A program made the position numbers and the translations under genes. Below the pieces are notes generated by a model that worked only from the letters and a program-made list of their open reading frames with translations, ran no database searches and had not been told where the DNA came from. From an uncultured archaeon (lineage in GTDB: Archaea; Aenigmatarchaeota; Aenigmatarchaeia; QMZP01), in contig CAYGVS010000002.1 in the NCBI GenBank assembly GCA_964353635.1, positions 1 through 63,109 of the forward strand: a DNA stretch of 63,109 bases, written 5' to 3'. This document shows positions 8,519 through 17,581 of this stretch, in pieces; positions within the stretch are counted from its first letter, which is position 1, and each line of letters begins with the position of its first letter.

Positions 8519-8600
8519 AGAATCACCTTATGTTAATCTGATTTTATGCAATATAAAGCCCTCCTTTGAGCCAAAGACTGCAAAACCATACCTTTGTTTT

Positions 8601-8615
8601 GATGCCCCCGACGGG
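8601..8615. repeat. 15-nt direct repeat, the copy overlapping the genuine tRNA-Arg 3' end
   Basis: GATGCCCCCGACGGG. Positions 8603-8615 are the last 13 nt of the tRNA. Confidence 0.9.
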
Positions 8616-8729
8616 ATTTGAACCCGCGACTTCCAGCTTGCTTCTCTCATTGACTCTCTTTCGGAAAGCCTAGAATCTTCTAAATCAAATTAGAAGGCTG
8701 GCGCTCTATCCAAACTGAGCTACGGAGGC
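8603..8729 (-). tRNA. tRNA-Arg(UCU) with a 52-nt intron at the canonical 37/38 site; CCA not encoded
   Basis: Folds as GCCTCCG-TA-GCTC-AGTTTGGATA-GAGC-G-CCAGC-CTTCTA[52-nt intron]A-GCTGG-AAGTC-GCGGG-TTCAAAT-CCCGT-CGGGGGC-A. The intron contains TTAGAAG, complementary to the anticodon loop. Confidence 0.85.
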
Positions 8730-8814
8730 GATTTTCTAAGGAAGGTTTCAAGGGACACCTTCATTCCAGCTTCTAGTTATTGAGTATATTTAAATTTTTG
8801 GGCAGAAATAGACA

Positions 8815-9066
8815 TTACATCGCCCTGGTCGTGAATATGTTCTCTGCGCTGCCGAGGCCTTTGATGGAGTTTATTTCATTCTCGAGCTTGTCCATAACTC
8901 CAGGGCCGTCCGGGATTATCTTGGTGAACTTGAGGGCCTTGAGGCCGAATGCTACAGGCTCCTCTTCAAGCCTGTTGGGCTTGAGGGCTTCGCACTGCTT
9001 CTTGACGTTATCAAAGCTCTCAATGGCATCCGGGAGTATCCTGAAAACCACAATCACTTCGCCCAT
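8815..9066 (-). CDS. ef1b: translation elongation factor aEF-1 beta
   Basis: 83 aa, MGEVIVVFRILPD...KPNRLEEEPVAFGLKALKF, typical aEF-1beta length and sequence. Confidence 0.85.
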   Translation of the reverse strand: MGEVIVVFRILPDAIESFDNVKKQCEALKPNRLEEEPVAFGLKALKFTKIIPDGPGVMDKLENEINSIKGLGSAENIFTTRAM

Positions 9067-9188
9067 AAAATCACATATTCAATAGATAAAATGAACCAAT
9101 AATATTGTTCAGGTAACGGTTTTTGGGATCTCAGCCCGATTCTCTTGGAAGGCGTCCTGACGCCTTCTTTCTTTAATCAGGGCTGATG

Positions 9189-9479
9189 TTAAGGCCCGGT
9201 GAAGCCGCACTTGGGGCACTCATAGATGTTCATGAGCCTCTTGCACTTGTCGCACCGCAGTATCCTCTGCTTGCCGCACTTGGGGCAGGGGAACTTCACC
9301 CACTTGTCCTCTGCCTCTATCTTGATGCCGCAGCTGGTGCACTTCATATGAGCGCCCGCCTCTTCCTTCTGGACTTCCTTCTCGCTTGCCTGAAGGCGCT
9401 GCTGGCTTGAAGGCATCTCTTGATGCTTTCTGTCTATACTTCCACCTTCTTTCAAAATTTCAGTTTTTTCCGTAACCAT
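9189..9479 (-). CDS. Zn-ribbon protein (COG2888-like, commonly next to aEF-1beta) with an N-terminal extension
   Basis: C-terminal CTSCG...CPKCG...CDKC...CPKCG. The track's start is a GTG inside the SD (AGTGATTTTCATG); the ATG is at 9479. Confidence 0.7.
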   Translation of the reverse strand: MVTEKTEILKEGGSIDRKHQEMPSSQQRLQASEKEVQKEEAGAHMKCTSCGIKIEAEDKWVKFPCPKCGKQRILRCDKCKRLMNIYECPKCGFTGP

Positions 9480-9614
9480 GAAAATCACTGGGTAACTATA
9501 TAAGGAGCAGGCTTTATATAGGTTTTGCCCCTCTCTTGGAAAGACGCCTGAGCAGGTAGCTGGAACATGCCCGCAATCTGTTGGATGCTGTCAAGAGGCA
9601 CCTTCCTTCCAGAA

Positions 9615-10238
9615 TCACTCCCAGTAGAATTTGTAATGCCTGAGGTCTTTCTCGTTCTTGGGCCTGTAAGTGTACTTCCAGACCAGTATTATCAGAGCAG
9701 CGGTTATTATGCCTCCCAGATGGCCGAAGTTAGCTATATTCCATATATCCGATGTTGTGTTTGCAATACCGAATATGAGTTCAACAGCCGCTAGAAGGAA
9801 AACTGCGGTAATGGCAGGCAGCGGGATGAAATATATGTATATGACCTCCTTCGGGAACATGAAACCGAATGCCGCCAATACTCCGTAAACAGCCCCTGAT
9901 GCACCCAGCATTGGTATGATAAGGCTGCCTCCTAGCAAACCTGTTAGAAATATGTAAAAAGCGGCTGAGCCCAAACCAGAAACTATGTAGAGGAAAAGAT
10001 ATTTCTTCCAGCCGAGCGCGCTCTCCATGACAACGCCGAACAAGAAGAGGGCAAACATGTTAAGGGATATGTGCAGCGGGTCAGCATGCAGGAACATGTA
10101 GGTGAAGAACTGCCACCAGGCGCCGTTCAGCGCGTTTAGCGGCATGAGCGCGAAGGTCTCTGTGAACCAGGGGTCGAAAATTACCTGGGCTGCGAAAATC
10201 ACAACATTGGTTATTATCAAAGCCAGGGTAACTCGCAT
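9615..10238 (-). CDS. rhomboid family intramembrane serine protease
   Basis: FLHADPLHISLNM (HxxxxHxxxN), GASGAVYG (GxSG) and HLGG motifs in a 6-TM protein. Confidence 0.85.
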   Translation of the reverse strand: MRVTLALIITNVVIFAAQVIFDPWFTETFALMPLNALNGAWWQFFTYMFLHADPLHISLNMFALFLFGVVMESALGWKKYLFLYIVSGLGSAAFYIFLTGLLGGSLIIPMLGASGAVYGVLAAFGFMFPKEVIYIYFIPLPAITAVFLLAAVELIFGIANTTSDIWNIANFGHLGGIITAALIILVWKYTYRPKNEKDLRHYKFYWE

Positions 10239-10313
10239 AATATCACATGTCAGTCTTGGTTTATATTGATTGGAATAGGTGTAAAGAAAGGGTTAAACGG
10301 AGAAGCTCCCCGT

Positions 10314-11480
10314 CTAACCGAACTTCTTCTTTTTCTTCCTGAAGAACCTCCTCCAGATGAAGTATGCTACCGCGGCCACTATGAAAACAATCACTAGCGT
10401 GCTCGCAGGATTGCTCTGGTTGGGGTTCTCGAATCTCAGGTAGACTGGCTTTTCCTCATGGAAATCCTGGAGGTTGGTGCTTGTGTACGTGAGCACAAGG
10501 ACTCCATTCCCCTCTGTGGTAAGCGGGAACTCGAGCGTGGTCTTCTTTGTGGCCTTGAGCTGGCTCGTATAATCCACGCCCACCGTCTGGTTGTTCACTA
10601 GGAGAGTCCCTTCCAGGGAGTTGGCATCAGCCGTTCCCTTGTTGGCTATGTCTATCTGTATCACATCCCTGTCGAAGTTCGCCTGGATGTTGACTACCTC
10701 GATGTTTATGACCCCGTTGACAGGAATCCCCAAAGAGAAGGACTTCTGCACGGATGCGCCGGTCTCATCCTGGTAGTCCAGCGTCAGGGTAGCCGGGTAT
10801 GTCTGCTGGCCTGCTGTGCTGTCGACAGAGAGCTGGATGTCGGCTATAGAATCGCCATCCGGTGCCATATCACCAAGATACGCTGATCCCTTCGAAAGCA
10901 CAGGGATAAGCATCCCGGATGTTGAGGCGAAGGTCGCCTTCACACCATTGGCTGTCCCTGTCCCGACGTTCTTTACCTTGGCGAAGACGTCCACTATCCC
11001 GCCAGGCTCTATGTTCTGGGGAGTGGTCCACGTGCTATCTATTATGAAATCCGGCCGTCCCTGAACATTCACCACAACCTTCTTGGAAAGGTAGCTGTTC
11101 GGGTTGCTGACGTAGTATATCCTGAATTCAAGCTCGTACTGGTTTGATACTGTGTTATCGTTGACCTTCAGGTCGTAAGAAACCTTCACAGAGCCGGAAG
11201 CAGATATCTTAGAGTATGTGGAAGTCTTCTCTGTCCCCGGAAGCAGCTTGAATGGATCTGTGGGCGCGATTTCAACCACAATATTATTTGCATCCCCCAG
11301 CCCCGTGTTCTGCACCTCAATCTCTACATTAACGTTCTTCCCAGGCTCAGCCGGATAGGGCGTCTGCTTGGTTAAAAGCACGTTTAGTATTGGGGCTTGA
11401 CCCGTATTCTGCGCCTGGACGGCTGCTGCAGGCAATATCAGAAGAGCCATCAATGCAGCAACCACAAATATCTTTTTCAT
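10314..11480 (-). CDS. secreted CARDB/COG1361-like (S-layer-domain-like) surface protein with C-terminal TM anchor, module A
   Basis: Sec signal peptide, repeated beta-rich ~110-aa Ig-like segments, C-terminal TM plus KKKKK tail. Start lies 2 nt after the stop of the ABC ATPase gene. Confidence 0.6.
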   Translation of the reverse strand: MKKIFVVAALMALLILPAAAVQAQNTGQAPILNVLLTKQTPYPAEPGKNVNVEIEVQNTGLGDANNIVVEIAPTDPFKLLPGTEKTSTYSKISASGSVKVSYDLKVNDNTVSNQYELEFRIYYVSNPNSYLSKKVVVNVQGRPDFIIDSTWTTPQNIEPGGIVDVFAKVKNVGTGTANGVKATFASTSGMLIPVLSKGSAYLGDMAPDGDSIADIQLSVDSTAGQQTYPATLTLDYQDETGASVQKSFSLGIPVNGVINIEVVNIQANFDRDVIQIDIANKGTADANSLEGTLLVNNQTVGVDYTSQLKATKKTTLEFPLTTEGNGVLVLTYTSTNLQDFHEEKPVYLRFENPNQSNPASTLVIVFIVAAVAYFIWRRFFRKKKKKFG

Positions 11481-11481
11481 G

Positions 11482-12276
11482 CTAATCTCCTCCTTTCTGA
11501 ACTAATGCAGGTTTCCTAGAAACCCTGCTCACTTTCGCTTCATGCTCCCTGCTACCACCCGGATAGGTCTCGTTGAGCACCTGTCCATCAAGCAGGTTTA
11601 TGATCTTGTCTGAATACTGCGCGACCCTTGAGTCGTGAGTGACCACGATTATCGTGTAGCCCTCCTCTGCGTTGAGCTTCTTGAGGAGATTGAGTATCAT
11701 CTGCCCGGTCTTGGTGTCAAGGTTTCCCGTAGGCTCGTCACCGAGGATTATCTGAGGATTGTTGATAAGAGATCGGGCTATCGCGACCCTCTGCTGCTGG
11801 CCACCAGAAAGCTCGGAAGGCTTGTGAGTCATCCTGTCCTCAAGGCCGACGAGCTTTAGCAGCCGCTTGGCCTTGTCCTCAGCCTCCCATTTGGGTTTAC
11901 CCGCAATCCTCATGGGCATCTCCACATTCTCAAGCGCTGTGAAGCTCTGGATGAGATTGTACTGTTGGAACACGAAGCCAATCTTTTCTCTGCGCAGCAA
12001 GGCAAGGTCGTCATCATCAAGGCCAATCACATTCTTCCCATCTATGAATACTTTTCCTTCAGTCGGCTTGAGAAGGCATCCAAGTATGTCTAGGAGCGTG
12101 GTCTTGCCGCTCCCTGAAGGACCCATGATAGAGACAAAGCTCCTCCTTTCCACATGTATGTTGATGTCCTGTAGGACAGTGATTTCGCATTTGCCTTCTT
12201 CTCCGTAGCATTTCTTTATTCCTTTCGTCTCAATCAAATAGCCATCTTCATGCTTTGGCTCAGTTTTTCCTTTCAT
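11482..12276 (-). CDS. ABC transporter ATP-binding protein, MacB/LolD-like, module A
   Basis: Walker [10 protein letters not shown], signature LSGGQQQRVAIAR, Walker [12 protein letters not shown]. The ATG at 12276 is preceded by AGTGAT. Confidence 0.9.
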   Translation of the reverse strand: MKGKTEPKHEDGYLIETKGIKKCYGEEGKCEITVLQDINIHVERRSFVSIMGPSGSGKTTLLDILGCLLKPTEGKVFIDGKNVIGLDDDDLALLRREKIGFVFQQYNLIQSFTALENVEMPMRIAGKPKWEAEDKAKRLLKLVGLEDRMTHKPSELSGGQQQRVAIARSLINNPQIILGDEPTGNLDTKTGQMILNLLKKLNAEEGYTIIVVTHDSRVAQYSDKIINLLDGQVLNETYPGGSREHEAKVSRVSRKPALVQKGGD

Positions 12277-12284
12277 GAAAATCA

Positions 12285-13421
12285 CTATTCATACCTCAAT
12301 GCTTCCACAGGGTCGAGCCTGGCTGCCTGCCTCGCTGGGTAGAACCCTCCTATGAGCCCGAGGAAAAGCGCGAATGCAAGGCCTTCTAGCGCCAGGGTCG
12401 GCGTCACATAGCCTTGGATGGTGCCTCCGGACAGCGCTCCCAAGCCGATTGCGGCGCCGATTCCGATTAGAATCCCCCCAACACCGCCGATTACGCTGAT
12501 CATTGCGGATTCTGTGAGTATCTGCCTGAGTATCATGCTATTGGTCGCGCCTATGGCTTTCATCACCCCAATCTCCTTCCTTCTCTCCATCACGGCCATA
12601 ATCATGGTGTTCATCACTCCAAGGCCTCCAACGAATGCGGCGATAGCACCTATGCCGAACGTGAAGAATCTTATCTGGTCCACTATCTGCGATGCTTGCC
12701 TTGCAGTATCAGCTGCTGTCAAGGCGTTAAGGTTGTCGCTTGCGTCATTTATGGCAGCGGCGACCTTCTCTGTGTCCCTGACATCGTCAGGCACCACGTA
12801 AATGGCATAATAAGTATCCTTATTCATGATGGCTTGCAGGTTGTCGAGCGGGACTATCACAGCGGAGTCAATCTCGCTTATGTCAGTCTTCTCAACAATT
12901 CCAACTATCTGAAAATCATCATTTTCCACAGTCCATGTATCGCCAACCTGGAGATTATATTTGTCCGCAAGAGGCTTTCCTATAATAGCTACATCGGAAT
13001 CGCCTGTTTCCAGGGTCCTCCCCTGGTACATCTTGGTGTTCTCCCCCACGAAATACTGTAGCTTATCGGGTTCCATGCCTATGATGAGGTATTCAGGTCC
13101 GGTAAATCCTGACATAGGTCCTGTCTTCACTGAGATAGGAACGACATCCTTAATCCCGCTAACAGTGTTAATGATGTCCAGATCATCCTTGGTCAGCTCG
13201 GTGCCTAGGCCAAAGATGCCGGCGTCCTTGTTTCTGACCGTTATCTTCCCAGCAGTCAGCTGGAGGCTGTTCGTAATGGAGACGTTAAGTCCTTCAGCTA
13301 TCGAACCTAGCGCCACCACCGCTCCTATCCCTATGAGTATCCCGAGGACAGTGAGCGTCGTCCTTGTTCTGTTCCTCATGATATTCTTGATTGCAAGGTC
13401 CAACATGCTATTCCTCCGCAA
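12285..13421 (-). CDS. ABC transporter permease, FtsX/MacB-type, module A
   Basis: N-terminal TM, large extracytoplasmic domain, then a C-terminal FtsX 3-TM bundle ending ...PARQAARLDPVEALRYE. Confidence 0.85.
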   Translation of the reverse strand: MRRNSMLDLAIKNIMRNRTRTTLTVLGILIGIGAVVALGSIAEGLNVSITNSLQLTAGKITVRNKDAGIFGLGTELTKDDLDIINTVSGIKDVVPISVKTGPMSGFTGPEYLIIGMEPDKLQYFVGENTKMYQGRTLETGDSDVAIIGKPLADKYNLQVGDTWTVENDDFQIVGIVEKTDISEIDSAVIVPLDNLQAIMNKDTYYAIYVVPDDVRDTEKVAAAINDASDNLNALTAADTARQASQIVDQIRFFTFGIGAIAAFVGGLGVMNTMIMAVMERRKEIGVMKAIGATNSMILRQILTESAMISVIGGVGGILIGIGAAIGLGALSGGTIQGYVTPTLALEGLAFALFLGLIGGFYPARQAARLDPVEALRYE

Positions 13422-13875
13422 GGGCCTGGAGCCGCCTCTGGAATTCCTCCTTCAGGCGGAGCGCCTTCTTCAGCTTCTCCGGGTCTCTCCTTATCTTATC
13501 AAAAATATCAAGCCCCTTCCAGAGTTCCCTGCCATGCCCGGTCTCACCCATCATCCTGAACATGGCAACCATCTTCTGCTTCATCTCAGCCTTGTGCAAC
13601 TCGAACTTCTTTATCCTTTCCTCTCCTTCTTTGGTGAGGACATATATCTTCCTTTTGCCTTTGGTTTTCTCGGTTATGAAGCTGTTTGCCTTGAGCTTCT
13701 GGAGCATGGGATAGACAGAGCCTGGGGACGGCTTCCAGCATGCGCACTCCTCTGAGATGCGCTTCATTATCTCATAGCCGTAGTGGGGTTTATCCAGTAT
13801 CCTAAGAATGTGCATCTCCATGAAGCCCCTAGGGATGGAGAGCGTTAGCTTCCCGGGGAGGGAGTCCTTTTTCAT
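13408..13875 (-). CDS. PadR-family transcriptional regulator
   Basis: HILRILDKPHYGYEIMKRI...GSVYPMLQKLK...GKRKIYVLTKEGEE. Overlaps the permease start by 14 nt. Confidence 0.8.
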   Translation of the reverse strand: MKKDSLPGKLTLSIPRGFMEMHILRILDKPHYGYEIMKRISEECACWKPSPGSVYPMLQKLKANSFITEKTKGKRKIYVLTKEGEERIKKFELHKAEMKQKMVAMFRMMGETGHGRELWKGLDIFDKIRRDPEKLKKALRLKEEFQRRLQALAEE

Positions 13876-13942
13876 AAATATCACTAATGATATATCACTT
13901 AAGATATTTAAGGCTTTATTTTCCTCGGGTAGCAGCTAATAA

Positions 13943-16111
13943 TCAACCACATTTGACATCTGCTATCATGCCTTCAAGAGCCTTTCCAATAAGGTCGCCG
14001 AACATAGTGCTTGACGCCATTGCCACAAGAAAATAGATGAACATGCCTATGATAAGCATTTTTGCTACAGTGTTCCACTGCAGGATTTTATTCTCCCCGT
14101 GGCCTATCTTGGTCGTGAAAACAGCCAGGATTATTATGACCTCCATGACATATATCCCCACTATGAGCTGGAAAAGCGATGGGGATATGACAGTTTCCAT
14201 GTTGGCGAAGAGCCCTGATATGTTCATTCCTCCGATGCCTCCTGTCTCACTCATTGATATTGAATTAAGGTAGCAGCTCAGCTTAACAAGCACCTGAATC
14301 ATCACGTCTGCCATTGAGACTATGAGGCCTGTTATCAAAGGTGTGAGGAAATATGCCTGGAATTTCATGGAGGAGGTGGTCTCTGAAAGCATCTCCCTTA
14401 TGTATTCCTGCGTCTCACGGATGTTCTTCAAGTAGCGTGATATCCTGAGCATGGCTTCCGAGGCATAGGTCACGCCTTTCTTCGATGTGTCCACAACCGC
14501 ATACATGATGTTTCTAATGAGCTTGGAGGGATAGTACCTAAGCGCTCCGTATTTGCGGTTGAACAGGGCTTCATCGAATGTCATCCCAAGGGTTTTTATG
14601 TTCCTGAGGGCTATCTTGAACAGGTTGGATATCTCGATGTCCTTCATATCGCCTATGGAGCGCTCCATGGCGACCTCTGTTGGCGTCCCGCCGGCAATCC
14701 TGTTCCCCAGCTGGAACAGGGCGAGCTCGAACTGGCCTTCTATATCTTCAACATCCTTCTGGATCGTTAGCCTTTGGAACGTTGAAAGGAAGTAATATAT
14801 CGCAATCCCTGACGCTATTCCGAGCAGGAGGAATATGGACATAGCCAAGGATAACGCTGGGCATGCGTCTCCCCACGGTTCTCCGAGGAAGGTGCAGCTC
14901 CCTGTATTGGCATCCTTCATCCCCAGCGAAAGCACAGCTGGATTCTCAATGAAGAAGTATCCTGCTGGAACTATGAAGGCAAGCATGACTAAGATTGCCA
15001 GAGGCAGGGCTGGGAAAGACTTGCCCTTTCCAATCCAGAAGCTTCCCTTTGGAGGAAGGTCTGGATGGTGCGAGGTATCCACCTGGGAGAAGGTGACAGG
15101 CCTCTTGCTCAGCGTGTTGTTGATGAACCAGATTATCATCAGGGGCAGGATAATGTCATAGCCCAGGACGAAATATACAGGAGAGACCATGTCGCTCATG
15201 AACACAGCAGCCAGCGGAGCCATTATCGTTCCCATCACAGGAAGGATAATCCCCATCATGTGTATAATCATCACGGGAAGGTTGAGCTCCTGGGCATAGT
15301 GCTTCATCCTTGTCTTCGTGCCGTCAAGTATGACGTCAAGGGCCTCGTCCAGGATCTTCCTGCCCCTTTCCGGGATCTGCGTCTCAGAGTCGCGTATGAG
15401 GCGGAGCGCCTCTGCGAATTCCTCATTCTCAGGCTTCCATTTGGCTATATAATCAGTAAGCGCTTCGGAGGCGGAATAGTATTTCCTCATCTCTATGTCC
15501 CATATCAGCTTCCTCATATCCCAGGAAAGGGCGCCGGATATGTTGGCGGCGGAGAACCTGAGCGCGCGCTCCAGATTGGGAGAGATCCTCATGGATACAA
15601 CCATGTAGAGAGTGGCAAGGACGACCTCGGAGCTTGCCTGTACCCTCAGCTTCTTCACAAGATTCGCAGGATACTTGTAGAAATAATACGCAAGGCCCAA
15701 ACCCATGGCTATTATCACAAGGCTATAGATGGGATTGCTAAGGGAGGCTATCGTGAAGGCTGCGCCAATCACAATAAAAGCTATCAGAGTCAGGACAAAG
15801 AGCGACATCACGCTTGCAGGAGTGATAAGCAGCCCTGTGAACGCTATCTGTTTCCCAAGGTCTTCTTCTGTCTTCTTTCCCGGGGTGACCTTTAGGAGCT
15901 TTTCCGAGAATCTTGCAAGCTTCTCATACCAGATGAGCTTCCTTTTCTCCGTCTGCTTGAATATCCTGTACTCCCTGGAAGATATGACAGGCCTGGGATT
16001 GGAAGGAGGCATGTACATCCTATGCCTGCGCTGCTCCAGGGCGATCCTCCTTAGCTGAATCCTCTCCAGCCTGTAGTCATCCCCAGGCTTCTTCTTCCCG
16101 AAAAGGCCCAT
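13943..16111 (-). CDS. stand-alone FlaJ/TadC/PilC-like platform membrane protein (two T2SSF-like repeats), 722 aa
   Basis: Two cytoplasmic helical domains that resemble the T2SSF domain (NLERALRFSAANISGALSWDMRKLIWDIE...SASEAL and GGTPTEVAMERSIGDMKD...MTFDEAL), each followed by TM bundles. Confidence 0.55.
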   Translation of the reverse strand: MGLFGKKKPGDDYRLERIQLRRIALEQRRHRMYMPPSNPRPVISSREYRIFKQTEKRKLIWYEKLARFSEKLLKVTPGKKTEEDLGKQIAFTGLLITPASVMSLFVLTLIAFIVIGAAFTIASLSNPIYSLVIIAMGLGLAYYFYKYPANLVKKLRVQASSEVVLATLYMVVSMRISPNLERALRFSAANISGALSWDMRKLIWDIEMRKYYSASEALTDYIAKWKPENEEFAEALRLIRDSETQIPERGRKILDEALDVILDGTKTRMKHYAQELNLPVMIIHMMGIILPVMGTIMAPLAAVFMSDMVSPVYFVLGYDIILPLMIIWFINNTLSKRPVTFSQVDTSHHPDLPPKGSFWIGKGKSFPALPLAILVMLAFIVPAGYFFIENPAVLSLGMKDANTGSCTFLGEPWGDACPALSLAMSIFLLLGIASGIAIYYFLSTFQRLTIQKDVEDIEGQFELALFQLGNRIAGGTPTEVAMERSIGDMKDIEISNLFKIALRNIKTLGMTFDEALFNRKYGALRYYPSKLIRNIMYAVVDTSKKGVTYASEAMLRISRYLKNIRETQEYIREMLSETTSSMKFQAYFLTPLITGLIVSMADVMIQVLVKLSCYLNSISMSETGGIGGMNISGLFANMETVISPSLFQLIVGIYVMEVIIILAVFTTKIGHGENKILQWNTVAKMLIIGMFIYFLVAMASSTMFGDLIGKALEGMIADVKCG

Positions 16112-16163
16112 ATTTATAATTATCCCGCTTGTTATTATACATAAGCCGACAGAAAGTGATTTG

Positions 16164-17570
16164 ATGACAATGAAGTTCTACAACACCCTAAAAAAAGGAA
16201 AGGAGGCCTTCAAGCCATTGAAAAAAGGCGAGGCCAGGATGTACAATTGTGGCCCAACTGTCTATTCCTTTGCTCACATAGGGAACTTCCGCTCCTATGT
16301 TTTCGCTGATTTGCTGCGAAGGTACTTGGAATGGAAGGGCTTCAAGGTGAAGCAGATAATGAACCTCACTGACGTGGATGATAAGACCATAAGGAACTCC
16401 CAAAAGGAGGGGATTGCGCTCAAGCAGTTCACAGAGAAGTATGAGAAGGCCTTCTTCGAGGACCTTAGGGCGCTTGACATAAGGCCGGCAAGCCTTTACC
16501 CTAAGGCTACGGAACACATTAAGGAGATGGTGGCTATAGTAAAGGCCCTTCTGGAAAAGGGTTACGCATACAAAGGAGCAGACGGGATATATTTCAGCAT
16601 CCGGAAGTTCAAAGGTTATGGAAAGCTTTCAGGGACCAGCCTTGAAGGGCTCAAGGCTGGAGCTAGGGTTAGCCAGGATGAGTATGACAAAGCCAAGGCC
16701 AGCGATTTCGCGCTATGGAAATTCTGGAGCAAGGAGGATGGCAGCGTCTTCTGGGAGACTGAGATAGGGAAGGGTCGGCCGGGCTGGCACATCGAATGCA
16801 CTGCCATGAGCATGAAATATCTCGGGAGCACATTTGACATGCACACAGGAGGAGTGGACCTGATATTCCCCCACCATGAGAATGAGATTGCCCAGAGCGA
16901 GGCATATACAGGGAAGCCTTTTGCAAGATACTGGATTCACAACGAGCACCTCCTTGTTGACGGCCAGAAGATGGCCAAGTCCTTGGGGAACTTCTTCACA
17001 CTCAGGGACCTGATAAAGAAGGGTCACGATCCCAGAGCCATAAGGTATTTCCTCCTGTCTGGCCACTACAGGGCAAAGCTCAACTTCACTGAGGAGGCCA
17101 TGAGATCAGCTGAGGAGACTGTAAAAGGCCTTCGAAGCTTCGTTGCGGAGATGCGCGCGGCCAACTCAAAGGGCTCGAACGAGAAGATAACAAAGCTTCT
17201 CACAGATGCGAAGAAGGCCTTTGAAGAAAGTATGGATGATGACCTTAACACCCCCCGTGCGCTCAAAGCGGTATTCGATATGATAAAGGAGCTGAACAGG
17301 CTAGCTCCTGTTTCAGAGACAGATGCCAGGTACGCTCTTGATACTCTTTTCAGCTTTGATAAAGTGCTTGGCCTGGGGCTTTCGGAGCTGGGGAAGGTCT
17401 GGCACTCTCCCGAGGAAGCGGAGCCTGAGGTAAGGGAGCTCATTTTGAAGAGGGAGTCTTTCCGAAAGGAGAAGAAATGGAAGGACGCGGACCGCATAAG
17501 GGACTCCCTTAATAAGAAGGGAATTAAGGTCGAGGACACCCCACAGGGGCCCAGGTGGAGGAAGGGTTAG
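16164..17570 (+). CDS. cysS: cysteinyl-tRNA synthetase
   Basis: HIGN (HIGH) and KMAKS (KMSKS) motifs plus the GRPGWHIEC zinc site. The track's start is TTG; the first ATG is at 16164. Confidence 0.95.
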   Translation: MTMKFYNTLKKGKEAFKPLKKGEARMYNCGPTVYSFAHIGNFRSYVFADLLRRYLEWKGFKVKQIMNLTDVDDKTIRNSQKEGIALKQFTEKYEKAFFEDLRALDIRPASLYPKATEHIKEMVAIVKALLEKGYAYKGADGIYFSIRKFKGYGKLSGTSLEGLKAGARVSQDEYDKAKASDFALWKFWSKEDGSVFWETEIGKGRPGWHIECTAMSMKYLGSTFDMHTGGVDLIFPHHENEIAQSEAYTGKPFARYWIHNEHLLVDGQKMAKSLGNFFTLRDLIKKGHDPRAIRYFLLSGHYRAKLNFTEEAMRSAEETVKGLRSFVAEMRAANSKGSNEKITKLLTDAKKAFEESMDDDLNTPRALKAVFDMIKELNRLAPVSETDARYALDTLFSFDKVLGLGLSELGKVWHSPEEAEPEVRELILKRESFRKEKKWKDADRIRDSLNKKGIKVEDTPQGPRWRKG

Positions 17571-17581
17571 CTGGTTCTTCC

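Noticed and set aside
12961-13755. Long antisense or shadow ORFs (for example 12961..13755+, 15065..15895+, 6156..6746-, 28506..29189-, 33280..33795-, 52004..52594-, 61112..61741-, 47223..47699-)
   Set aside because: Each lies entirely inside a longer ORF on the opposite strand or in another frame that has clear family motifs. Their products are low-complexity with no motifs.
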